Source of the DNA: Enterobacter phage fGh-Ecl02
Sequence record: ON212266.1
DNA: 64,000 bases
Strand: one strand, 5' to 3'
Shown here: positions 1-9,800 of the stretch, in pieces
Layout: every line of letters starts with the position of its first letter
How positions within the stretch are numbered: position 1 is the stretch's first letter
Position numbers and translations under genes: made by a program
Notes under the pieces: model-generated
Seen by the model: only the letters and a program-made list of their open reading frames with translations
What the model was told of the DNA's origin: nothing
Databases searched by the model: none

Positions 1-965
1 CTGGCGGTAATGGTCTTCGTCTTCAGTCTGATGACTTGGTAACTGGTGTTGGCGGTGGTGATGGTACTGCAATTACACGTGTAAACATCAGTAATGTAAC
101 AATCAAGAACTGCGAATCACACGGCATCCGTGCAAACTTTACAAACGGAAGCGTAACTGGGGTTTATATTGAGGCTTGTAACGCTGGCATTGCCATTGAA
201 GGTTCAAGCGATGTGGCGTATGACAACATCATAATCAAGAATTGCTCACAGCCAATCCTCTGCCGATATTATCCGGTAGTCTGCACACGCCTGCGATTTA
301 GTAATATCTTAATATCAGGCCACACAGATTGGGCCGTGTTCTTTTTGCGTAAGGATGGCTCCTCTCACACGGTAAATCTAGGGGATATTGAATTCGATGG
401 GTTGACAATCCACTGCACACAACCAGGTTCTAAAGCTGTTATGATTAACTGCGGGGCGAACTCAACAGCGACTTCAGACATCACTATGAAGAACGTGCGT
501 ATTGTTGGTGCATCCCCTGATACAGACGGAACAGCACTATGTCAGATTCATAATGCACGGCATATTGAAGTAGATAACTGGAACATTCGTGGTATTAATG
601 GTAAGCCTAGTTCTTATCTGTATGCGCAGGCATCACAGAGCCTGAACATAAACCGCCTTGTGGGTGTTCAGCCATTCGGTACGGTTGAGCGTCCTATTGA
701 ATGTGTTGGTGTGGCTGGTCATGTGAACATTGTCAACTGCTCGGTGCCTGTTACAACGAACGGAATACTTTATACAACTGTACCAGCTCACAGGTACGAG
801 CAGGGGAACCAGTTCTTCAACAGTGAACGGCCGCAAGCGTATCCGTTTACAAACGCAGGTACTTTACGCGGCGGCGATGTGAATACGTTAACAACGCCCC
901 AACTGGCAAACATAGTGGCTACGCTGATTAACGATATTAGCCTGGGCAAATTCGTAATCAGATAA
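1..965 (+). CDS. Tailspike protein, C-terminal part; 5' end lies upstream of the window. The frame is open from nt 3, so the listed start at 36 is not the real start.
   Basis: Open frame to the window edge. Repeated short beta-strand motifs (NISNVTIKNC, GVYIEACN, IIIKNC) typical of a right-handed beta-helix / pectin-lyase fold. Confidence 0.6.
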   Translation, partial: GGNGLRLQSDDLVTGVGGGDGTAITRVNISNVTIKNCESHGIRANFTNGSVTGVYIEACNAGIAIEGSSDVAYDNIIIKNCSQPILCRYYPVVCTRLRFSNILISGHTDWAVFFLRKDGSSHTVNLGDIEFDGLTIHCTQPGSKAVMINCGANSTATSDITMKNVRIVGASPDTDGTALCQIHNARHIEVDNWNIRGINGKPSSYLYAQASQSLNINRLVGVQPFGTVERPIECVGVAGHVNIVNCSVPVTTNGILYTTVPAHRYEQGNQFFNSERPQAYPFTNAGTLRGGDVNTLTTPQLANIVATLINDISLGKFVIR

Positions 966-999
966 AACAAGTGGGTAGTCCTGCGACTCCTTATCCATT

Positions 1000-1036
1000 C
1001 ACTAAATACCCCATATTGGCAAATCCTCTATGGGGT
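1000..1036 (+). promoter_or_regulatory. Late-promoter-like box CACTAAATACC plus leader hairpin
   Basis: Box at 1000-1010. Hairpin ACCCCATA..TATGGGGT at 1008-1036 overlaps the first ATG. Confidence 0.45.
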
Positions 1037-3708
1037 ATCTTCAAATGACCAGAAACGTCGAGAGCATCTTTGGAGCGGTCGTAACAGCTCCGCACCAGAT
1101 TCCATACACTTATACCGCAACGGGTGGAGAGACGTTTATCTCCCTCCCTTTCTACCCTGTCACTGGTATAGTCACAATCAACGGTGGTATGCAAGTTCCG
1201 TTAGACAACTTTGAAATCGATGGAAATACGTTGAATCTCGGGTGCGCATTATCCAAAGGTGACGTTGTGTTCTGTCTGTTTGATAAGATTCTGTCTCCAG
1301 AAGATTATAAAACCGGGATTCGAATCTATAAGTTTCAGGCTATAGGAGGTGAAACCGAGTTCACTCCTGATTACACATCTTATGGAGTCCAATCTCTTTA
1401 TATCGGTGGTGAGTACAAAACACCCGAAATTGAATATTCCTATGACAGCACGACAGGGAAAGTGTCTTTACAAACTGCGCTGACTGCAGGCGTTTGGGTA
1501 GTCGCTGAAATGTCTGTTAAACAACCGAATATCAGTCCGTTGTTTGACCGAAGTATTCAAGAAATCGCCCGTTCAGCTAATGTAAGAGATTCTGAAGTAA
1601 TCCTCAGCACGGATACTACTCAGCCCCTTAATGGTAAAAAGATTATCTTCGATGCAGCTTCTCAGAAAATTTATGGCCTGCCTTCATTACCGACCAATGT
1701 CTATATTAGTTCTGTGTCTAATGGTCAGTTAACCTACAGCCCGGGTAACATTACCGTAGATTTGATGGAAGTTCCTAATTCTGGTGCTAGTCTCAGAGAA
1801 GACCTGAGTAAGCCTGATGGTAGCAAGCTCATTGGTTCATGCCCCAATATTGCAGTACTGCGAACAATTGAGCCTACCTATGCTGAACAACGCATTTACG
1901 TAGAAGCACATACTGAAGGTATGTCTGCAACCAATGCAGGTGATTTGGGTGGTGGTTACTTTGTATATAAACCATCTGTTACATCAGCAGATGACAATGG
2001 TATGACTATTGTTACTGCATCCGGCAAGCGTTGGGTACGTGATTTACGTGGTAGCACCGAAGTTACCCCATCTATGTTTGGTGCGTGGATGGATGCTCCT
2101 TATATTGATGGGAGCACTATTCAGGGTACACCTTACCCTAAAGCACCGAGTATGGGGGCTGCTGACCTGTCCGGTGTGCATAATGATGGGGATGCTTTGC
2201 AGGCAACTTACTCGTATGCTGTAGCTAATGGGTTGAATATTAAAATTACCCAGCCAATGTATATTGGTGATACACAGATAGATATCAGTGATGCACGTTG
2301 GACAGGTAAATCTCTATCCATTACGGGTCTTGGTCAGAGACAAAGTATTATTTATACATCAGGTAAGGGTGGATTCATCTCTACCAGATGGGGGCATAAT
2401 ATTACTATTGGTCGCCTCTCTTTCCGTAATGCTGATTCTGATTACGTAGGTAGCCCTCTTGTTATTAGTTCATTCGACTTAAGTAATGGCATAGGTGGTG
2501 GTGGTAAGACATTTAATGTGCATGACGTGGACTTTTACCACTATAAGTTCGCTTTGCCTATGGCTTGCTTTGTCAGTGTTATGACCAATTTGTATGCATA
2601 TGACTGTACCTATGGTTTTGGTATCAATGGAAGCACTAGTACGGATATGTCATCTATTTGGGCACACCATTGTGACATTGGCTTTTTATGGGGAGCTGCC
2701 ATTAATCGTACTACATACGAGCCAGCCAGTAATGGAATGCCTGTTATGTATGTTGCTACCAGCAATATTGCAGCAGATGGTTGTATTTTACCTCATAAAT
2801 TTTATGGAGATATTCGTAGCCTTTCCTTCTCTGGCTTTGGTATTGAAGGGATAAATGGTCCAGTGGCATTAGACTTCTCGCAATTAGCTTCTCCTGCTGC
2901 ACAAACAACAATCGTATTCAGAGATGTTTCTTGTTGGATTCAGTCTAAAATGAATACTGGTGTAACTCATTTTATTGAGTTGCCTGCTAATGAGTACCAG
3001 GCTGGTAGGATTATTTTTGACAGTGGTTACGTTAACTCTGACTATGCTATCAAATTGATGGAGAATACCACTTCTCCAAGTAACCAGTATGTTGGGCGTA
3101 GTGTTACATTAAATAGTAATTTTGAATTTTTAAAAGTTAGCGATGGTTCCTACACAATATCTACATATAACCGTGGCAACCTTTACCGGGGCAGGGTATA
3201 TGGAGAAGATATTGTACAAGGTCGTAACTCGTACACGGGTACTACTTTGTCAGCAATCCATTCTAATAGTAATTCCTTCTTCAGAAGTGTTGACCACAAG
3301 GAAGCTACTGTACTGGTTCCATGGAACAGGGCTTTAGATATATTCCTTTGTGCTGTAGGGGAAGAGACTAAAATTCCGGATGGTTGCTTCGTTGCAGGAC
3401 GTGCAGATATCATTCCAGTTAACAAAAATGGTTTGGCTGGTACTGAATCAGGGGGCAGTATTCTGTTTGGGCTATCCGGTAGCACACAGGAAAATGTAGC
3501 CTCTGGTGCAGTTTGGTCCAATATGATTGCTGGTGATAAATCCCTTTCCGGGGTAACTGTAACCAAACTGGTACGTGATGGTAAAACATTTGTCAGAATT
3601 GCATTACCTACAGCAAGCCTAGTAAATGCAATCGTTCATCTGTCTGTATCCTACTGTGGTTTTGCACATTACTACGACAAGCGTTGGGAAGTAAAACCAT
3701 TAAGCTAA
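1030..3708 (+). CDS. Tailspike / receptor-binding protein (892 aa) with beta-helix repeats. Alternative start at ATG 1045, downstream of a leader hairpin.
   Basis: Long ORF with glycine/asparagine-rich repeats of the pectate-lyase type. N-terminal region plausibly the baseplate-attachment domain. Preceded by a late-promoter-like box at 1000-1010. Confidence 0.7.
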   Translation: MGYLQMTRNVESIFGAVVTAPHQIPYTYTATGGETFISLPFYPVTGIVTINGGMQVPLDNFEIDGNTLNLGCALSKGDVVFCLFDKILSPEDYKTGIRIYKFQAIGGETEFTPDYTSYGVQSLYIGGEYKTPEIEYSYDSTTGKVSLQTALTAGVWVVAEMSVKQPNISPLFDRSIQEIARSANVRDSEVILSTDTTQPLNGKKIIFDAASQKIYGLPSLPTNVYISSVSNGQLTYSPGNITVDLMEVPNSGASLREDLSKPDGSKLIGSCPNIAVLRTIEPTYAEQRIYVEAHTEGMSATNAGDLGGGYFVYKPSVTSADDNGMTIVTASGKRWVRDLRGSTEVTPSMFGAWMDAPYIDGSTIQGTPYPKAPSMGAADLSGVHNDGDALQATYSYAVANGLNIKITQPMYIGDTQIDISDARWTGKSLSITGLGQRQSIIYTSGKGGFISTRWGHNITIGRLSFRNADSDYVGSPLVISSFDLSNGIGGGGKTFNVHDVDFYHYKFALPMACFVSVMTNLYAYDCTYGFGINGSTSTDMSSIWAHHCDIGFLWGAAINRTTYEPASNGMPVMYVATSNIAADGCILPHKFYGDIRSLSFSGFGIEGINGPVALDFSQLASPAAQTTIVFRDVSCWIQSKMNTGVTHFIELPANEYQAGRIIFDSGYVNSDYAIKLMENTTSPSNQYVGRSVTLNSNFEFLKVSDGSYTISTYNRGNLYRGRVYGEDIVQGRNSYTGTTLSAIHSNSNSFFRSVDHKEATVLVPWNRALDIFLCAVGEETKIPDGCFVAGRADIIPVNKNGLAGTESGGSILFGLSGSTQENVASGAVWSNMIAGDKSLSGVTVTKLVRDGKTFVRIALPTASLVNAIVHLSVSYCGFAHYYDKRWEVKPLS

Positions 3709-3717
3709 TCAACTACT

Positions 3718-3743
3718 CCCCACCCCCATAAGGGGGTGGTTTA
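3718..3743 (+). terminator. Rho-independent terminator after the 892-aa tailspike gene
   Basis: CCACCCCC-ATAA-GGGGGTGG followed by TTT. Confidence 0.6.
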
Positions 3744-3765
3744 CTAGAAAAACAAAGAGGTTGTT

Positions 3766-6399
3766 ATGAACGAGATGTTCTCACAAGGTGGTAAAGGCTC
3801 CACTGGTATTCTTACCAACAAGCAAGCCATTGCCCGTAAGTTTGGTGTTAAGCAGAATGAAGTAGTCTACTTTTCTGTAGGTGTAGACTTGGGTGGTTAC
3901 AAAGTCATTTATGATAAGTCTACCCAGCGTGCTTACTCATTACCTGTACTTCCGGTAGGAACCACTGCAGTAAGTCTTAATGAACAGGCAGAACTTATTC
4001 ATTCTAATGGGTCTATTGACTTAGGTCAGTTAGCTGTCGAACGTGGTGAGTATGTAACCCTCCCTTACTCATTTACTACTGGAGCCACGGTTAATGTAAA
4101 GAATGAGTTATTAACTCATGAAAGTAATCAATATTACTGGGATGGTTCTCTTCCTAAAGAAGTTGCCCCCAATTCTACCCCAGCTACTGCTGGTGGATTA
4201 GGTGCTACCAAATGGTCCCAAAAATCAAGCCAGGATAATAAGACTCCGGTTTCATTTACTCAGTTTGGTGCAGTAGGTGATGGTGTAACTAACGATGTGC
4301 AGGCTGTTGCTGCTGCATTCGCTTATGCTTATGCCAATAATTTACCGGTAGAGCAACACAGTGGTACTTTCCTGCTAGATGGTGGAACTTATCTTGATAT
4401 CAAAAACCTTCAGACAGATTTAACAGGTTGTGTATTGAAACCCTCTGCCTCGTGGACTGGGCAGATAGTCATTACACAGGGAGATGCACCTATTACACAC
4501 GGTGCAGGTTCTGCTGTAGTTAATGCTATGAATACTAATAATAATGCAAGTCGAGCAGTTGGTAGCACTGTATTTAATGGATTAGCTTCTAATACTGACC
4601 TGAATGGTTGTTATATTAAAGTATCTACTTCTCAGCCGATGTTTACTTTCAGGGATACTATCTATACCCGTAAGGATCTTAACCGTGTATACAACAGAGG
4701 TAATATTGAAAACCCTCTTCGTTACGGTATTGGTAATAACGTTACTGAGGTTTTTGCACTTAAGATTCGCAAGGATGTACAGACAGTCAAAGGTCTTACT
4801 ATTGATGAGAGCCTGTCTCGTAACTACAGGATAGTCTTTATTAATAATGCAACCCGTGTGCGTTTATTGAATACCTCATTCATTAATGCACCAATTACGC
4901 AGGACTACAGTACTTCACGTATTGAAGTATCTAACTCATATGATGTAATTATTGATGGGTTATTTACACCTGCTGTTGTGGACTCCTTCACATCTTCCGG
5001 TGACATCTATTCATACACTCTGGGTTTTGGTGAGAGCATGAATATACAGGTTAAGAATGCCACAGGTAACGGAGAAGGTTGGGGAGCAACTGGTTCTAAT
5101 GACTGTGCAAACATTTCCTTTACTAACTGTGACCTTAGTCGCATAGATTTCCATAGACCATTTCAGGGATTCCTTCGGGTTAACAAATGCAATGTTGGTC
5201 GGTATGGGGTAGTTGCATCTGGCATTGGGGATTTGATTATAGACGATGTGGTATTCAACGGCTCTACCGATACACTTGGTTCCATCATAGCGACTCGTCC
5301 TGACGCTGGGGGGTTCTTTGATGGTGACCTCTATATGACCAATGTGACAATCGCAGGTCGCCGTAGTGCACCTCTCTCTACACTAATTTTTGGTTACTCT
5401 GATGAAGGTCAGGGGCCGGTATCAGGTTCCCCAATTACCAGTACTTTGTTTAACAACATTGTTATTCGAGATTTGAAGTTGGGGGATGGTTTCTATGAAC
5501 AGGCATTCTCTACATTGATTTCCTGTTCTCGTGATTCCCAGTTACTATTCCCTCGTTCAATAACAATAGATGGATACAGTTTAGGTACTTTACCTAAGTC
5601 TTCTGGTATTGGCCTCAATATAGACTTCTCTCGTTTCAAGGAACTCTATACTGGAATGACTAACAGTGAACATCCGGTTACTGGAAGAAAGACTACAGAT
5701 ATTGTACTGAATAATATTCAGGTTCCTTACCTGTCTATTACCTCAGCATCGTATCGTCACAACCCTCATGTTACTGCTCGTAATGTTCGCCACATACTAG
5801 GAGATGAAGCACCTACCTTGTTTGAGACGAACCAACGTGGTAGTTACTACTTTGAGGATTGCTCCTTAGAACAAATCAAACTGTACTCTGGTAATAATCC
5901 AAATGGTCTGGTTAGTGTACGTATGCGTGGTGGTAAACTGCATCAGCCTGTTGCTGCTACTATGCCAATATTTGGTGAAGTAACCCATGACATTGTTCTG
6001 GATGGGGTAAATCTGATATGTAACTTTACTGGGCAGGATACTACCTACCCAATAACCCGGGCTATTCTGGCAAGAGCACTGGTTCAGGATTGTATTTACT
6101 GGGACGTATCTGGAACTCGCTTAAATAGCCTGCCTATTAATAACCAGACCGGTGTATCTGTTACATCCACCGTATCGGTACGTGCTGGACAAAAGATGAC
6201 TGTATCTTCTGGTTACTCTGCCAGCAGCAACTATACAAGGAATCATATTACTGCTTTGTGGGAAACGGACTGTAAGCAGATTGTTCCTTTAGATACTGGT
6301 ACTAATATTGTTATTAAATACTCAGTTACTGGTAATAGGGTTACTCAAATGGTGTTAACTGCACCAGCATCTAATGATATTCGTGAGTTAGCCATCTAA
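3766..6399 (+). CDS. Tailspike / depolymerase-like protein (877 aa)
   Basis: Beta-helix-type repeats, distinct N-terminal anchor domain. Good SD (AAGAGG) 8 nt upstream. Follows the terminator at 3718-3743. Confidence 0.7.
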   Translation: MNEMFSQGGKGSTGILTNKQAIARKFGVKQNEVVYFSVGVDLGGYKVIYDKSTQRAYSLPVLPVGTTAVSLNEQAELIHSNGSIDLGQLAVERGEYVTLPYSFTTGATVNVKNELLTHESNQYYWDGSLPKEVAPNSTPATAGGLGATKWSQKSSQDNKTPVSFTQFGAVGDGVTNDVQAVAAAFAYAYANNLPVEQHSGTFLLDGGTYLDIKNLQTDLTGCVLKPSASWTGQIVITQGDAPITHGAGSAVVNAMNTNNNASRAVGSTVFNGLASNTDLNGCYIKVSTSQPMFTFRDTIYTRKDLNRVYNRGNIENPLRYGIGNNVTEVFALKIRKDVQTVKGLTIDESLSRNYRIVFINNATRVRLLNTSFINAPITQDYSTSRIEVSNSYDVIIDGLFTPAVVDSFTSSGDIYSYTLGFGESMNIQVKNATGNGEGWGATGSNDCANISFTNCDLSRIDFHRPFQGFLRVNKCNVGRYGVVASGIGDLIIDDVVFNGSTDTLGSIIATRPDAGGFFDGDLYMTNVTIAGRRSAPLSTLIFGYSDEGQGPVSGSPITSTLFNNIVIRDLKLGDGFYEQAFSTLISCSRDSQLLFPRSITIDGYSLGTLPKSSGIGLNIDFSRFKELYTGMTNSEHPVTGRKTTDIVLNNIQVPYLSITSASYRHNPHVTARNVRHILGDEAPTLFETNQRGSYYFEDCSLEQIKLYSGNNPNGLVSVRMRGGKLHQPVAATMPIFGEVTHDIVLDGVNLICNFTGQDTTYPITRAILARALVQDCIYWDVSGTRLNSLPINNQTGVSVTSTVSVRAGQKMTVSSGYSASSNYTRNHITALWETDCKQIVPLDTGTNIVIKYSVTGNRVTQMVLTAPASNDIRELAI

Positions 6400-6403
6400 A
6401 GGA

Positions 6404-6430
6404 AAATCCCCCTTAATTGGGGGCTTTTCT
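6404..6430 (+). terminator. Rho-independent terminator after the 877-aa tailspike gene
   Basis: CCCCC-TTAATT-GGGGG followed by CTTTTCTT. Confidence 0.6.
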
Positions 6431-6778
6431 TATATAGAATTTACTGTCTGCATTACCCTAACCGATACTGCTGTTAGGGTGATTACTTGTCCTGAGATAT
6501 AAACATACCCAATTGAATACCATCTATCATGAATGGGTCAGTTGAACCAAGTGTGTAAGTAGCCAATACGTTATCCCTATTAGAGATGTCCGTACCTTGT
6601 ACCTTAACACTAGCATCTGAACCCACTACTGTAGTTCCATTGGTTCGTCTTGTTTGCGTTCTTCACTCTCTTGCTGTACCAGCACAAATGGCGGAGGTCT
6701 TGAATCCATGACCATAACCACAGAAAGATAATCAAAGACCCTTCGGGCTTATTTCTTTCTATTCCTCGGTTGGCTGTA

Positions 6779-6798
6779 TACTAAATATCTCTATAATG
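6779..6798 (+). promoter_or_regulatory. Late-promoter-like box ACTAAATATC plus TATAAT upstream of the 1612-aa gene
   Basis: tatACTAAATATCtcTATAATgg, 24 nt before the ATG. Confidence 0.4.
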
Positions 6799-6821
6799 GC
6801 ACCTATCGATGGAGCATCAAA

Positions 6822-9800
6822 ATGCAAGAAATGAACCTCAACCGCCGCCCATACTGGGATGATTGGAATCCAGAGAAGCGTTTTTCGCGCATCCTATTCC
6901 GTCCGGCACCTATCAAAGTTCAGACTCGTGAACTGAACCAGATGCAGACCATCTTCCAGGATCAACTGGAGAAACTTGGCAACCATCTGTTCAAAGACGG
7001 TTCAATGGTTATCCCCGGCGGCCTAACGATCACCAACACTGCTGTGTCCATGAAGTTCACTCTGGCTGGTGGTAGTGAGTTCACTGATCTGGAAGGTATC
7101 TCCGAACTCTATGTTCTGGGCAAGGACAACAATGCGAAAGCACGCGTCCTGTCCTTGGAACGTTATCCAGCTGAGCCAGATACAATGTATGCCATCTTAG
7201 AGATGACTGAAAGTGGTAGTTCAGACGGTTTCGAAGCTGGCGATAATCTATACTTCAACACCTATGACGTGAACGATAACTTCATCCGTGTCGGCTATGG
7301 CGTGGCCGATACTGTTGGCGGTTCGATTGTCGCTCGCATGACAAAGGGTGTTTATTTCGTTCGTGGTATGTTCCTGGATGTTGAACCAACCACTTTGATC
7401 GTAGACAACGCATCGAACTCTACATCTCACCGCATTGGTTTCAAAGTTACAGAAACAATCGTGACCGAAGCAGAAGATGAAAGTCTGTTCTCCAATGCTC
7501 AGGGTACTCCGAACTCTAAAGCCCCTGGTGCGCATCGCCTGCGCGTCGACCTCGTGTTGTCTCGCTACGGTTATGATGAAGAAGTGGCCGACTTCGTTGA
7601 ACTGGCGAAGGTGAAAGACGGTCGCATTCAGTCCATGGTCACCCAGTCAACGTACAACATCCTCGAAGACGCCATGGCTCAGCGTACCTATGAGACCAAT
7701 GGTGACTACAACGTCTCTACTCACCAGATCGACCTGCGCGAACATCTGAAAGAGAACAACAACGGCGGCGTTTACACTCCGGCTGAAGGTGGTGATGAAA
7801 GCAAATTCGTGGCTGTTATGAAGCCAGGCATTTCCTACGTTCGCGGTCGTCGTATCGAAAACCTCGGCGAAGAGCTGGTCATAATTGACAAAGCCCGTGA
7901 CACTGATATCCTGAACAACAACCCTGTGGCTGTTTCGACTGGCAACTATCTGGTGTCCAAGAACTCCAAAGGGGTTCCGGTTGTCTCCCGCACAATCCGC
8001 TACAAGTTCCTGAACGCATCCAGCGATGTGCAGGCCACCGCCCTGCTGATTTCGGCAGAGCGCTCCGGTACTGAATTCCGTCTGTATATGCGCGACCTGG
8101 TTGTGACTGGGGACATGGGCACGGTGACCAAAGTCGCTTATGAAGAAAGCGGTACAACGATGTTCTCCTGCGAACTGGAGTCCAATCAGTTCAGTCAGAG
8201 TTCAGCAATTGACCTGATCTTCCCTCTGCCTGTATTTGGTGTGAAGACTCTAGCACCTACAGGCACCATCGACATCAACTACACTGTCCTGCGGTCAAAC
8301 AAGATCACGTTGAACGCCGCTGGTGCAGGCTCAATCTCCGCTCCTCTGGGTTACAGCTTCAGCCCTGAGTTTTCACTGTACTCCGCAGCGAAGGCAGATG
8401 GCACTGCAGCTCAGTTTGATATCTCTTCGGGACTGTCCCTGGCTGGTACTCCGGTTGGTTCAGCACTGCAGATTTCCCTGGGCGCGGGGTATGCCAACCA
8501 GTCTATCAACCTGTTGGCATTGATGGTCCGCACCACAGCGACGATCAAGACCAAGACTGTTACCGAAGCCACCGAGACTGTGACGTTTACGGCGGCGGCC
8601 AGCACACAACTTGGGAACCATGATGGATACAAGCTGATCAGCGTGAAGAACGCAAATGGCGCTGACGTCACCTCTAACTTCACTCTGGACGGTGGTCAAC
8701 GCGATGCGGCATACTACCTTTCTAACCTCATATCGTCCACTGGAGCCATTTCAGGGACGTTCACGGTGGTGTATCAGTATTTCGCTCACAGCTCTGGTGA
8801 TTTCTTCACAGCGGACTCCTATTCGTCCATCAACTACCCAGACATCCCGAACTATGTTTCATCCAGTTCTGGTACTGTGTATGGGTTGGCCGACAGTCTG
8901 GACTTCCGTCCCAAGATCACCAGCGGAGCGTCTGACACGGACATGGTTCGCCCGAATACCGCGATCATCCTAGATGCAGAGTACTATCTGCCTCGTATTG
9001 ATGCTGTGTATCTGGCAGACAACGGTGTGTTCAACGTTGCTCGTGGTGTGAGTTCCAACAACCTGGCTTCCCCTGCGATCCCAGACAACGGCATGCGCCT
9101 GTATGAATTGATGATCCCACCATACACGGCCAACATCGACGACATCCAGATTCGTACTATCGACAACCGCCGCTACACGATGCGCGATATCGGTAAACTG
9201 GAGACCCGTATCTCCAATGTCGAATATTACACCTCACTGTCTCAGCTGGAATCCTCGGCGATGTCACAACAGGTGTTCGATCCAATTACTGGCAACCCGC
9301 GCTTCAAGAACGGTATCGCAGCAGACCCGTTCAAAGACTTCCGTCTGATCGACGATTTGTCTGCAGACTGGGTGGGTTCAATCGACACTGACAATGGTCG
9401 CCTGCGCCCGTTTGTTCAGCAGAACGCGATTGACCTGACGCCAGTCGGTTGGAACAACGTTCAGGATGGCATGGTTGTGTGCAACTACACCCGTGAGATC
9501 TCTGTCCGCCAGGACTATGCAACCACGACCATCAACGTGAACCCGTATGCGGTGTTCAACTGGGAAGGATTCCTGAAACTGAACCCAACTACTGATTACT
9601 GGTTTGAGAACTACTATGTTACTCCACGTGTGATCAACGAAACGATCAACACCCGTGGTGCGATCAAAGAAGGTTCCGTGTATGGCACATGGCGTACTGT
9701 GTCCGTGTCTGAGCGTGTGTGGGAACCGCATGGTGCAGGTGGTGTATGGTGGGGCTATCGCTACCGCACGACTGTGTCTACCCGTGACGTCACCACGTAC

